Assembly (NCBI GenBank): GCA_963787585.1
Contig: CAWBDR010000005.1
Location: forward strand, 9,092 to 73,091
Reading direction: 5' to 3'
DNA length: 64,000 nucleotides
Origin: an uncultured Acidobacteriaceae bacterium
GTDB taxonomy: Bacteria > Acidobacteriota > Terriglobia > Bryobacterales > Bryobacteraceae
Part shown: positions 52,361 to 61,262 of the stretch, piece by piece
How the letters are laid out: every line of letters begins with the position of its first letter
Numbering within the stretch: the stretch's first letter is position 1
The notes under the pieces: generated by a model
Told to the model about the DNA's origin: nothing
Seen by the model: only the letters and a program-made list of their open reading frames with translations
Databases searched by the model: none
Translations under genes and position numbers: made by a program

Positions 52361-53119
52361 ATGACCGCCCCCGAACTAGAGAGTTATCAGACTTTAGCCC
52401 CAACTGCGGCGATCCGCGAACAGCTCATACTGGAGCATCTGCCCCAGGTAAAGCTAATCGCGCGAAGAATTCACGAGAGGCTGCCGGTGTCGGTGAGTCT
52501 TGACGACCTGATCTCGGCGGGCGTGCTGGGACTCATTGCGGCTATCGATCGCTACGATGCCAGTCACGATGTCAAATTGAAGACCTACGCGGAATATAAG
52601 ATTCGCGGGGCGATTCTAGACAGTTTGCGTGGACTCGACTGGGCGCCGCGACAGCAGAGGAAGCGATCCAAGCAGATCGAGGCTGCTATTTCCTCGCTGG
52701 AGCAGGAGCATCACCGGACGCCCACGGAGGAAGAGATCTCCGCCCGCTTGGGCCTTTCGGTCAGAGAATACCAGGAATGGCTGACCGAAATACGCGGGCT
52801 CACGCTAGGCAGTCTGGAGAATGCGGGAACGGAGGACGAAGGGTGCGATCTCCTGCGCTATTTGTCAGACTCGGACGATCAGTGGCCCTCGCAGATCGTA
52901 GAGCGAACCCAACTCGAACGGTTGCTGGCCGAAGCGATTGAGAAGATGCCGCATCTGGAGCGAACGGTCCTTAGCCTCTACTATTACGAGGAAATGACAC
53001 TCCGGGAGATAGCGAAAATCGTAGACCTCCATGAATCGCGCATTTCCCAACTGAAATCGCAAGCAATTCTGCGCTTACGATCGTATATGCAGAAACGGTG
53101 GCCGCAATCGCGCGGTTAG
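52361..53119 (+). CDS. fliA: RNA polymerase sigma-28 factor (FliA/WhiG family)
   Basis: ..LISAGVLGLIAAIDRYD....KTYAEYKIRGAILDSLRGLDWAPR.. and the region 4 stretch ..LSLYYYEEMTLREIAKIVDLHESRISQLKSQAILRLR. Confidence 0.85.
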   Translation: MTAPELESYQTLAPTAAIREQLILEHLPQVKLIARRIHERLPVSVSLDDLISAGVLGLIAAIDRYDASHDVKLKTYAEYKIRGAILDSLRGLDWAPRQQRKRSKQIEAAISSLEQEHHRTPTEEEISARLGLSVREYQEWLTEIRGLTLGSLENAGTEDEGCDLLRYLSDSDDQWPSQIVERTQLERLLAEAIEKMPHLERTVLSLYYYEEMTLREIAKIVDLHESRISQLKSQAILRLRSYMQKRWPQSRG

Positions 53120-53273
53120 TTTGGGCCCACCCCTCAGGACTCCGGCCGTTGAATCTCGAGGCAGCCTAACGTAAACACATATGGGAACGGGCCGGGCACA
53201 TCTTTGGCGTATACGCCGTCGAAAAATAGTGTACCTGTTGCGCCCCCCATTCGCTCGCAAGGTAAGCCGGCGC

Positions 53274-54161
53274 TCACGGGGTCTCGTTTACCGCGATATT
53301 CAGTCTCAAATTTTTATGGTCCCGGACGAGCTGGATGGAGAGGCTCTTCACGGGTTGGCGCTCCGTTCGCGTGTAGGACGTGAAATCGCGGAGACTGCCG
53401 ACGCCGTGATCTCCAAGTGATGTGATCACATCGCCGGCTTTCACTCCGGCCTTATCGCCGGGGCTGCCCTTGTCCACGGAGCGAACTAAAACACCGTGCT
53501 TCACTCCGAAGTATTCTGCAAGTTGCGCGTCCAGCGGCTCACACTCGATCCCGAGCATGGAATTCTTCCAGGCTACGAAGGGCGTCGGGATATCGGAAAT
53601 CTCAAAGCTGCGGAGATCCGGAAAATCGAATCGCCTCATATTGACCGAGGCAGGAGGGATTCCGACGATCTGCGGGTGAGGCGCTGCCGTGGTCACGACA
53701 GTCGATTCGGTCTTGCTCTGCCGCCAGTATTGGACTCTGATCTTCCGCCCGCTTGGAGTTTCTGATACAAGGCGTCCGAGCTGTTGAGCCCCCAAGATAT
53801 TCTCGCCATTGTAGGTCAAGAGCACGTCGCCAGGCCTCAGTCCAGCTTGCTCGGCGGGACTTCCAGGTTCCACGGCCGTGATTTCTACACCGCGCGGCTC
53901 TCCCAGGTTCAGTGTCGCGGCGCGGTCGGAATCAATATCCGAAAGCTGAACGCCGAGATAGCTACTCCCGGTGCGGAATTGGCTCAAGAGAAGTTTGGCC
54001 TGATTCTGGAGATTCCAAAGATCGGAATCCTGACTGAACTGACCCAGGTTCGGATGAGCAAAGTCGGACTGAGCGAACGCATTGACTGCGAAGAGCGATC
54101 CTCCGAGCAGAGCTGCCCTTGCAAGAGAGCGGCGTACGTGAAACCCTTTCATACTTCCCAT
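53274..54161 (-). CDS. secreted protein with two PDZ domains and no protease domain
   Basis: A signal peptide is present. GVEITAVEPGSPAEQAGLRPGDVLLTYNG and GVLVRSVDKGSPGDKAGVKAGDVITSLG. Confidence 0.75.
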   Translation of the reverse strand: MGSMKGFHVRRSLARAALLGGSLFAVNAFAQSDFAHPNLGQFSQDSDLWNLQNQAKLLLSQFRTGSSYLGVQLSDIDSDRAATLNLGEPRGVEITAVEPGSPAEQAGLRPGDVLLTYNGENILGAQQLGRLVSETPSGRKIRVQYWRQSKTESTVVTTAAPHPQIVGIPPASVNMRRFDFPDLRSFEISDIPTPFVAWKNSMLGIECEPLDAQLAEYFGVKHGVLVRSVDKGSPGDKAGVKAGDVITSLGDHGVGSLRDFTSYTRTERQPVKSLSIQLVRDHKNLRLNIAVNETP

Positions 54162-54226
54162 GCAGGATAGACGTTTGAGACCGGAACTCGATTGGAAGGG
54201 GTGTCCATTTTCACCTAGCGCGATTA

Positions 54227-55177
54227 TCAGTACACGTCCCCAGAAGCATTCATCCGCTGCAAGACTTGAAGGCAGCGACTGCGCACATAATCATCGTCAG
54301 GCTCCGCACGCAGAATCCTCCGGAGCGTGAGGGCGAGTTCGGGACTTACGTCAACCTTCTGTCCCGCTGGAGCGAGTATGTCAATCGCTTCGGAACGCAC
54401 ACCGGGATTATCGTCATGCTGCAGGACAAAGGCCAAAGTATCGCGAGTCGCCGGATCGCTCGAAAAACGCCGGAGCCCTTCGAGAGCTTTCAAACGCACG
54501 GCTGCATTCGGATCCTTGCGGACGCTGTTCAGCAGGGCGTCCCGGACATCGCGCGCGCCCGCTTGATCCCCTAGCATTTCGGCGGAGTCGACGCGAATAC
54601 CGGGGTCGAGCGATTCGTTCATTGCCGCGAGCAGCAGCCGGCGAATGGAGTCCTCCTCAGGGCTTCCGGTAATCTCGCGCTCTTTGACCTGCTCGATGAG
54701 AATGCGAACTCCATTGTGGCCGTCCGGCTGAATATCTCGGACGCGCGCAGTCGCCGGGTTCAGAACCGACATCAAAGAACTTCCGCCAAGTCCGCTTTCA
54801 GGCAGGCCGCCTCGATCCATCCAGCGGGACGCTGAAAATCCAAGAAACACCAGGAACGAAGCGAGTGCAAGCCGGACAGACCAGCGTCCTCCAGACCAGC
54901 CGATCGGTTCCATCCAACGCGTCAACCAAGATGGACCATGCTCTTTCTTAGCCGGCGTAAGCGCGACGCGCAAATCCTGCCGGCACTGCATCAGTAGGTC
55001 GACATCGACATCGCGGGATTCGGAGTTCAGGCTTGTGTGCCAGGCTTTCTCACGCGCGAAGGCCCGCTGGCACAGAGCGCAGTTGGAAAGGTGCTGCTCG
55101 AACGCTTCTTCCCGGCCAAAATCCAGCTCCCCGTACAGATAAAGAGACAGGTTGAGCCGCGCCTCACGGCAGGTCAT
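54227..55177 (-). CDS. anti-sigma factor (zf-HC2) with TM helix and periplasmic/C-terminal HEAT-like repeats
   Basis: MTCREARLNLSLYLYGELD....HLSNCALCQ. The TM helix is around LALASFLVFLGF. Repeats include ..DPGIRVDSAEMLG.., ..DPNAAVRLKALEGL.. and ..DNPGVRSEAIDIL.. The start overlaps the sigma gene stop (ATGA). Confidence 0.8.
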   Translation of the reverse strand: MTCREARLNLSLYLYGELDFGREEAFEQHLSNCALCQRAFAREKAWHTSLNSESRDVDVDLLMQCRQDLRVALTPAKKEHGPSWLTRWMEPIGWSGGRWSVRLALASFLVFLGFSASRWMDRGGLPESGLGGSSLMSVLNPATARVRDIQPDGHNGVRILIEQVKEREITGSPEEDSIRRLLLAAMNESLDPGIRVDSAEMLGDQAGARDVRDALLNSVRKDPNAAVRLKALEGLRRFSSDPATRDTLAFVLQHDDNPGVRSEAIDILAPAGQKVDVSPELALTLRRILRAEPDDDYVRSRCLQVLQRMNASGDVY

Positions 55178-55803
55178 ACGAAATCTCCCAAAGCGGCCCG
55201 CATTTTCTGTGTCGCGCGAAAGAGACAGTTTTTCGCGGCCTCCTCGCTGACGCCGAGAGCGTCACCGATGGCACGCAGGCGCATGCCTTGAAAATGACGC
55301 ATTTCGAAAACAATCCGTTCGCGGGGCGTGAGTTCTTCGAGTACGTCGTTGATTCTGGCATTGACTTCCGCGCTTAACAATCGCCGTTGGGGGTCGACTT
55401 CGGCACGGTGCTCCGGAACGAACTGCAAACTGTCCATTTCGCCCGCCGTGGTCTCGATGGCAGGGCTCGTTTCTTTGCGGACTTTCCGTTTGCGGAGCTG
55501 ATCCAGGCAGAGGTTCGCGACGATGCGATACAGCCAGGTGCTGAAACTGCAGTCGAACCGGAACTTAGGAAGGTTGCGGTAAACGCGGAGGAAGACTTCC
55601 TGGTAAACGTCACGTGCGTCTTCCTTCGAGTGGAGGAGATTGAACGCCATACGCAGGACGTTCTGGTCGTACGCGCGGACGAGCTGTTCGAAGGCCTCGC
55701 CATCACCGTGCTGGGCCGCTCGAATGAGCCCGGCTTCGTCCGACCGGTCGGTTGCGCCGCGCACGGCTGCTAGGGTTCCGAGAGTTTCGGCCTGAGTTGC
55801 CAC
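55174..55803 (-). CDS. ECF-type RNA polymerase sigma factor
   Basis: The region 2 stretch is ..DARDVYQEVFLRVYRNLPKF...FSTWLYRIVANLCLD. The region 4 stretch is ..GMRLRAIGDALGVSEEAAKNCLFRA. Confidence 0.9.
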   Translation of the reverse strand: MATQAETLGTLAAVRGATDRSDEAGLIRAAQHGDGEAFEQLVRAYDQNVLRMAFNLLHSKEDARDVYQEVFLRVYRNLPKFRFDCSFSTWLYRIVANLCLDQLRKRKVRKETSPAIETTAGEMDSLQFVPEHRAEVDPQRRLLSAEVNARINDVLEELTPRERIVFEMRHFQGMRLRAIGDALGVSEEAAKNCLFRATQKMRAALGDFV

Positions 55804-55848
55804 CGTAACGATGGACGTTTGAGTTCGCTTTTGGTCACGTTCCCGGGG

Positions 55849-57543
55849 CTAACTTGCTAACTCTAGCTCGATCAGCCGCTTACCCAGGTCTAAATGGGAG
55901 ATGCGGAAGCTGCGGATTTCGCCGGCGCGGGCCACCGCTCTTCCCGCCGTGTCATTTCCGCCGCCCTGTTTCCATTTGGCCGCAAGCATCGCGCCAAGCG
56001 AGCCGATATCGGAGGCTTTGCGGGTCTCCGCCTCCGCCTCTTTCTCGTCGCGCGCCTTCAACTGACAAACCGCCATCACCCCTTCGCCGAGTTCTACCTT
56101 CGCACGATTGCCTTGCACTTCCAACAGGCGCCCGCTGACGGTTTGTCCCGGCTGATGTTCGGAAATGTAATGATCCACCGTTGTCGGCTCCAGTTGCTTC
56201 AGCCCAAGACGGATCCGGTGCTTGTCTCGATCTAACTCGAGCACTACCGCGCGCACGGTTTGCCCTTTGGCGAGCTTCTCTTTCGGATGATCGAGTCGCT
56301 TTTCATTGGTGATATCCGAGATGTGCACCATGCCTTCAATCCCATCCTCCAATTCGACAAACGCGCCGAATTGGGTGAGGCTCGTAACGGGTCCTTCCAC
56401 AGTGGACCCCACCGCAAACTTCTGGGCGGCGGTATCCCACGGATCACCAAGGGCCTGCTTGTAGCCAAGGCCGATGCGCCGTTCTGTCGGATTGAACTGT
56501 AATATGACAGCTTCGACGCGCTCCCCAGATTTCAGCAGGTCTCCAGGTTTGCGAACTCGTTTGTTCCACGACAGCTCTGAGAGGTGGATCAGACCATCCA
56601 CGCCGGGCAAGAGTTCGACGAATGCGCCAAAATCGGTAAGGCGGGAAACAACTCCGCTCACGCGTTCGCCCACGTGAAATCTTTGCGCTGCAACGGTCCA
56701 GGGATCTTCCTGCAATTGTTTCAGGCCGAGGGAAATTTTCCTGGAATTGGAGTCGATTTTTAGAATTTTCACATCCAGCTCGTCGCCCGGCTTAACCACG
56801 TCGCCGGCCTTCGCGACACGCGAATAGGACATGTCCACGACGTGTAACAAGCCATCAAGGCCGCCAATATCGACGAACGCGCCAAAATCCATCACAGTCC
56901 GGACACGGCCGCGTACGACCGCGCCCTCCTTCAACTCGGAATAAGCCTGTTGGCGGCGCTGCGCCTGCTCCTCTTCCAGGACAACGCGACGGTCGACGAC
57001 AACATCTTCCTTTTCCACATCGAGCTTGGTGATCCGGCACTGAATCTCCTGGCCTACGAGATTCGCCATTTCATCTGCCTCGCGGACACCGCTGCGAGAG
57101 CCCGGCAGGAAGGCGCGAACACCGATGTCCACGCGAAAGCCGCCTTTAATCTGCTCAACGACCGTGCCTGCGATGGTGCGCTTCTCAGTAAAAGCAGCCT
57201 CGAGACCACTCCAATCCTTCGGCCGCACGATTTTGATGGTTGAGAGCTGGTAATATCCTTCTTCGTTGCGCGGTCCAACGGTAACGGCGATACTGGCTCC
57301 GAGTTTCGGCTCTTCCGTTTCGATTTCACGCCAGCGCGATAAGGCCAGAGAGCCTTCGATCTTACGACCAACGTTTATCAGGATGGCTTCTGAACCGATG
57401 GAGACGATAGTGCCGGTAACAGTTTCTCGGTTGGGTCCGTCAGCATGTTGTTGTTCAAAGCTCGACAGCAGTTCGGCAAAACTGGATTCTTCCTGCGAAG
57501 ACGCATCTTCGGCCACAAAAGGATCGGATTTCACATTATCCAT
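55849..57543 (-). CDS. rpsA: 30S ribosomal protein S1
   Basis: Six S1 repeats (..GTIVSIG.., ..GTVVEQIKGGFRVDIG.., ..GRVRTVMDFGAFVDIGG..). ATG 57543 (MDNVKSDPF..) is preferred over the ORF-track start 57681. Confidence 0.95.
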   Translation of the reverse strand: MDNVKSDPFVAEDASSQEESSFAELLSSFEQQHADGPNRETVTGTIVSIGSEAILINVGRKIEGSLALSRWREIETEEPKLGASIAVTVGPRNEEGYYQLSTIKIVRPKDWSGLEAAFTEKRTIAGTVVEQIKGGFRVDIGVRAFLPGSRSGVREADEMANLVGQEIQCRITKLDVEKEDVVVDRRVVLEEEQAQRRQQAYSELKEGAVVRGRVRTVMDFGAFVDIGGLDGLLHVVDMSYSRVAKAGDVVKPGDELDVKILKIDSNSRKISLGLKQLQEDPWTVAAQRFHVGERVSGVVSRLTDFGAFVELLPGVDGLIHLSELSWNKRVRKPGDLLKSGERVEAVILQFNPTERRIGLGYKQALGDPWDTAAQKFAVGSTVEGPVTSLTQFGAFVELEDGIEGMVHISDITNEKRLDHPKEKLAKGQTVRAVVLELDRDKHRIRLGLKQLEPTTVDHYISEHQPGQTVSGRLLEVQGNRAKVELGEGVMAVCQLKARDEKEAEAETRKASDIGSLGAMLAAKWKQGGGNDTAGRAVARAGEIRSFRISHLDLGKRLIELELAS

Positions 57544-57584
57544 GACTACTGGGGTTGCCCCTATTCTGTCATAGAGCCCCAAAA

Positions 57585-58856
57585 ATGACAGGAAACAAGA
57601 ACGGGGACCGCGGCGCTGCTGGACGCGCCGTCCATGCCCTTCAGCCGCAGGATTTCGCCTGGGCATTATTCGTTGCGGCATTAATTGCGGCCGATCCGGA
57701 AACGAACTACAACGCGACGATCGTTCTGCTGCTGATTGGCATATTCCAGATCGCCGAGCCGCGTATTCGCCTATTCTCCTCGCGCCGCGGCCGAATCCTT
57801 TCGATTGTCTCCAAGATGATCCTGAGCTATTTGCTCTTGGGCTGGACGCACACGATCGATAGCTCCTACTACCTGATCTTCTTGATCCCGATCATCTCGG
57901 CGGCGACCACGCTGAATCCAATCGGAGTCTATCTGGTAACCGGAATTTCGTGCATCGCGTATTTCTCTTTTCTGTTGCCGGTTTGGATCCCTCCGGGATA
58001 TGTGATGCCCGAAGGATTGATCAGCGTGATGTGCCTGCGTGTTTCGTTCTACACGATTGTGGCATTTGTGGTGTATCAGCAGGCTAAGGCAAAACGTGAT
58101 GAAATGCAGCGAACCGAGCAGGCCGCCGAGCAGTTGGCCGAATCGAATCGAAGCCTGCGGGAGGCACAAGTGTCACTACGGCGAAGCGAGCGGCTAGCTG
58201 CTCTGGGACAATTAACGGCCGGGCTGGCGCACGAGCTGCGCAACCCGCTCGGGACCATCAAGGCTTCCGCTGAGATGCTGACCAAAGAAACGCTTAAGAA
58301 CCGGCCGGACCTGATGGCGGAAATGGCTGAATATATCGGAAGCGAAGTCGACCGCATGAACGGCCTTGTATCGAGTTTTCTAGACTTCGCCCGTCCTTTA
58401 CAGGTCCGGAAGGTGATTGCCGATTTGCGAAGCGTGATCGAAGAAGCATCGCGCCAGCACTCGGAGCTTGCCAAAAATGCCGGTGTGGCGATTGTGCTCG
58501 ATCTGGCGGAGGGTTCGCTCCCATTCACGTTTGATCCGGATCTGTTACGGGTGGCGCTCTCTAATCTGGTCCAGAACGCCATTCAGGCCAGCGCCCCCGG
58601 CCAAACTGTTACCGTAAAAGCCGCGAAGTCCGATGAAACTATGATGATCCTTGTGAGCGATCACGGGCACGGCATCCGGAAAGAGCATCTCGAAAATATC
58701 TTCAACCCGTTCTTCACCACAAAGCCGCAAGGCGTCGGCCTGGGACTGGCAATTGTGGCCAAAATCGTTGACGAGCACGGCGGACGCATCACCGTCTTCA
58801 GCGAAGCGGGCAAAGGCACCACATTCGAGTTAACGTTGCCGGACGAGCCGGTCTAG
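57585..58856 (+). CDS. membrane sensor histidine kinase (HisKA + HATPase), partner of the NtrC-type regulator
   Basis: About 5 TM helices, then the H-box [13 protein letters not shown] and ..SDHGHGI...GVGLGLAIV.. ATG 57585 is preferred over TTG 57555. Confidence 0.85.
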   Translation: MTGNKNGDRGAAGRAVHALQPQDFAWALFVAALIAADPETNYNATIVLLLIGIFQIAEPRIRLFSSRRGRILSIVSKMILSYLLLGWTHTIDSSYYLIFLIPIISAATTLNPIGVYLVTGISCIAYFSFLLPVWIPPGYVMPEGLISVMCLRVSFYTIVAFVVYQQAKAKRDEMQRTEQAAEQLAESNRSLREAQVSLRRSERLAALGQLTAGLAHELRNPLGTIKASAEMLTKETLKNRPDLMAEMAEYIGSEVDRMNGLVSSFLDFARPLQVRKVIADLRSVIEEASRQHSELAKNAGVAIVLDLAEGSLPFTFDPDLLRVALSNLVQNAIQASAPGQTVTVKAAKSDETMMILVSDHGHGIRKEHLENIFNPFFTTKPQGVGLGLAIVAKIVDEHGGRITVFSEAGKGTTFELTLPDEPV

Positions 58857-58868
58857 GAACCTGTACCA

Positions 58869-60257
58869 ATGTCGCCGGGACGAATTCTGGTCGTAGAGGA
58901 CGAAGACAAACTGCGGCGCGTTATCCAATTGCAATTGGAATCCGCTGGTTACGAAGTGGATGGCGCTGCCACCGCGGAGCAGGGTCTACCTCTGGCTGCC
59001 GTCGCGAATGTGGTCGTCACGGATCTGCGTCTCCCGGGAATGGACGGGCTCGAATTGATCCGGCAATTGCAATCCAGGGGTTCCCCGGCCGCCGTGATCG
59101 TAATGACCGCCCATGGATCAGTGGATGCGGCGGTGGATGCCATGAAACTCGGAGCAGCGGATTTTCTTCAAAAACCGTTCTCGCTCGAGCATCTGACTAC
59201 GGTTGTTGATAAGGTCATGGCCGGGCAGGCTCTGCGGGATGAGAACCGGCGCCTTCGGGAAGAGCTCGATCACCGGTATCAGTTCGACAACATCATCGGC
59301 CGGAGCGCCTCCATGCGCGAGATCTTTCATACCGTGGAGCGAGTGGCGCCGACGCGAGCGACGGTGCTGCTTGCCGGGGAAAGCGGGGTAGGGAAGGACA
59401 TGATCGCGCGCGCCATTCACCAGCATTCGCCGCGGAAGAATCGCGCCTTCGTGAAGATTAACTGCACCGCTCTCCCGGAAAACTTGATGGAGAGTGAGCT
59501 TTTTGGATACGACAAGGGCGCGTTCACGGGCGCGATGGCGAGCAAGCCGGGTAAATTCGAACAGGCCGATGGCGGGACGGCGTTTCTCGACGAGATCGGC
59601 GACGTGCCCGGCAACATACAGGTCAAACTTCTTCGCATTTTGCAGGAGCGGCAGTTCGAGCGGCTGGGGTCGAACGTTACCCGTAACGTGGACGTACGCG
59701 TTATCGCCGCCACCAACGTGGATCTGCGCGCCGCGCTCGAGGAGGGCCGGTTCCGCGAAGACCTCTATTACCGGCTAAATGTGGTTCCCATCAGCATCCC
59801 GCCATTGCGCGAGAGGAAGGAAGATATTCCGTTTCTGGCGATGCATTTTGTCCGGAAACTAGCGAGTGATCTCGGCTCGATCACAAAGGACGTCAGTCCC
59901 GCCGCAATGGACCGTCTCGTAAGCCATTCCTGGCCGGGAAACGTGAGAGAACTCGAGAACACGATCGAGCGCAGCATGGTGCTCTCTTCTCACGAGACTC
60001 TCGAGCCCGCGGATATTCGCATCGAAGCTCCACGGAACGCGGTTGCACTCGAATCCCACCAGACGCCGCTTCTTCCGGAAGGCGAGACGCTCGAGCATTG
60101 GGAGCAGATGATGATTCGGGAGGCGCTCCGGCGGGCAAACGGGAACAAGAGCCAGGCTGCCAGGATGCTTGGGTTGACGCGCAACGCACTTCGTTACCGG
60201 CTCTCGCAGATGGGTTTGGAAAGCGCGAGCGCCGACGAGAACGACACCGCTGGTTAG
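58869..60257 (+). CDS. sigma-54-dependent response regulator (NtrC family: REC + AAA+ + Fis HTH)
   Basis: RILVVEDED.., GESGVGKD (Walker A), GAFTGA, ..LDEIGD.., and the C-terminal stretch ..GNKSQAARMLGLTRNALRYRL. Confidence 0.9.
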   Translation: MSPGRILVVEDEDKLRRVIQLQLESAGYEVDGAATAEQGLPLAAVANVVVTDLRLPGMDGLELIRQLQSRGSPAAVIVMTAHGSVDAAVDAMKLGAADFLQKPFSLEHLTTVVDKVMAGQALRDENRRLREELDHRYQFDNIIGRSASMREIFHTVERVAPTRATVLLAGESGVGKDMIARAIHQHSPRKNRAFVKINCTALPENLMESELFGYDKGAFTGAMASKPGKFEQADGGTAFLDEIGDVPGNIQVKLLRILQERQFERLGSNVTRNVDVRVIAATNVDLRAALEEGRFREDLYYRLNVVPISIPPLRERKEDIPFLAMHFVRKLASDLGSITKDVSPAAMDRLVSHSWPGNVRELENTIERSMVLSSHETLEPADIRIEAPRNAVALESHQTPLLPEGETLEHWEQMMIREALRRANGNKSQAARMLGLTRNALRYRLSQMGLESASADENDTAG

Positions 60258-60290
60258 CGTGGACGTTATCTGCTTCGATAGACTGCCTTC

Positions 60291-61223
60291 ATGATTCGTT
60301 CTCTGCTCTGTTGCCTGGTGATATCCACAGCTTTCACTCCGCTGCCCTCTGCCGCGGCATCAAACCCGTTCGTAGGCCGGTGGGATTTCAATGTGCCGAC
60401 CCGAAATGGCATTGGCGCCAATTGGCTTGGCATATCAGAGAAGAACGGCAAGCTGGAAGTCTGGTTTCAGCCGACTGGAGGCCACGTCTATCAAGTCACG
60501 GACTGCAAACAAGACGGCTCACATCTGACTCTGGTCGTTTCGCCGCAAAATGGGAATCATCCGCAGACCGTATGGGAATTGGACGCGGCGGACGGCAAAC
60601 TCACCGGCACTCAGAAACAGGGCGCCCATACGATCGCGTTGACGGGCTTGCCCGCACCGGCGCTGAACCGGGCTGCACCCGCGTCCTGGAGCAAGCCCCA
60701 GCCATTGTTTGACGGCAAAGACCTGGATGGATGGGAGCCAATTGGAGACACAGCACAGAACCACTGGGTTGTACAGGACGGTCTGTTGGTGAACCAGCAG
60801 CGCGGCGCGAATTTAAAAACAACTCGAAAATTCGACGACTTCAAAGTCCATTTCGAAGTGAACTGTCCGGACAACGCCAACAGCGGATTCTATCTGCGCG
60901 GCCGCTATGAGTTGCAGCTCGAGTACGAACCTCAAGCGGAGAATCCGCCCAACCGGGCCATGGGATCAATTTACGGCCGAATTGCGCCGGCTGTTTCTGT
61001 GGCGCGAACGCCCGGCCAATGGGAAACGTTCGACGTCACTCTCGTCGGCCGCACCGTGACTGTGCGCCGAAACGGAAAATTGACCATCGACCATAAGGAA
61101 ATTGAAGGTATTACCGGGGGGGCGCTTGACGCGAATGAAGGAGAACCGGGGCCCTTCTATATTCAGGGTGACCACACGGGTGGACTGAAATTCCGCAACA
61201 TCACCGTTGCGGTGCCCGAGTAA
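60291..61223 (+). CDS. secreted DUF1080 (3-keto-disaccharide hydrolase-like, LamG fold) protein
   Basis: ..LFDGKDLDGWEPIGD...WVVQDGLLVN......FDDFKVHFEVN....NSGFYLRGRYELQ...GPFYIQGDHTGGLKFRNI. Confidence 0.8.
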   Translation: MIRSLLCCLVISTAFTPLPSAAASNPFVGRWDFNVPTRNGIGANWLGISEKNGKLEVWFQPTGGHVYQVTDCKQDGSHLTLVVSPQNGNHPQTVWELDAADGKLTGTQKQGAHTIALTGLPAPALNRAAPASWSKPQPLFDGKDLDGWEPIGDTAQNHWVVQDGLLVNQQRGANLKTTRKFDDFKVHFEVNCPDNANSGFYLRGRYELQLEYEPQAENPPNRAMGSIYGRIAPAVSVARTPGQWETFDVTLVGRTVTVRRNGKLTIDHKEIEGITGGALDANEGEPGPFYIQGDHTGGLKFRNITVAVPE

Positions 61224-61262
61224 AACAGACGTCTGTAAATCACGCACGGCTGTTTGCATACG

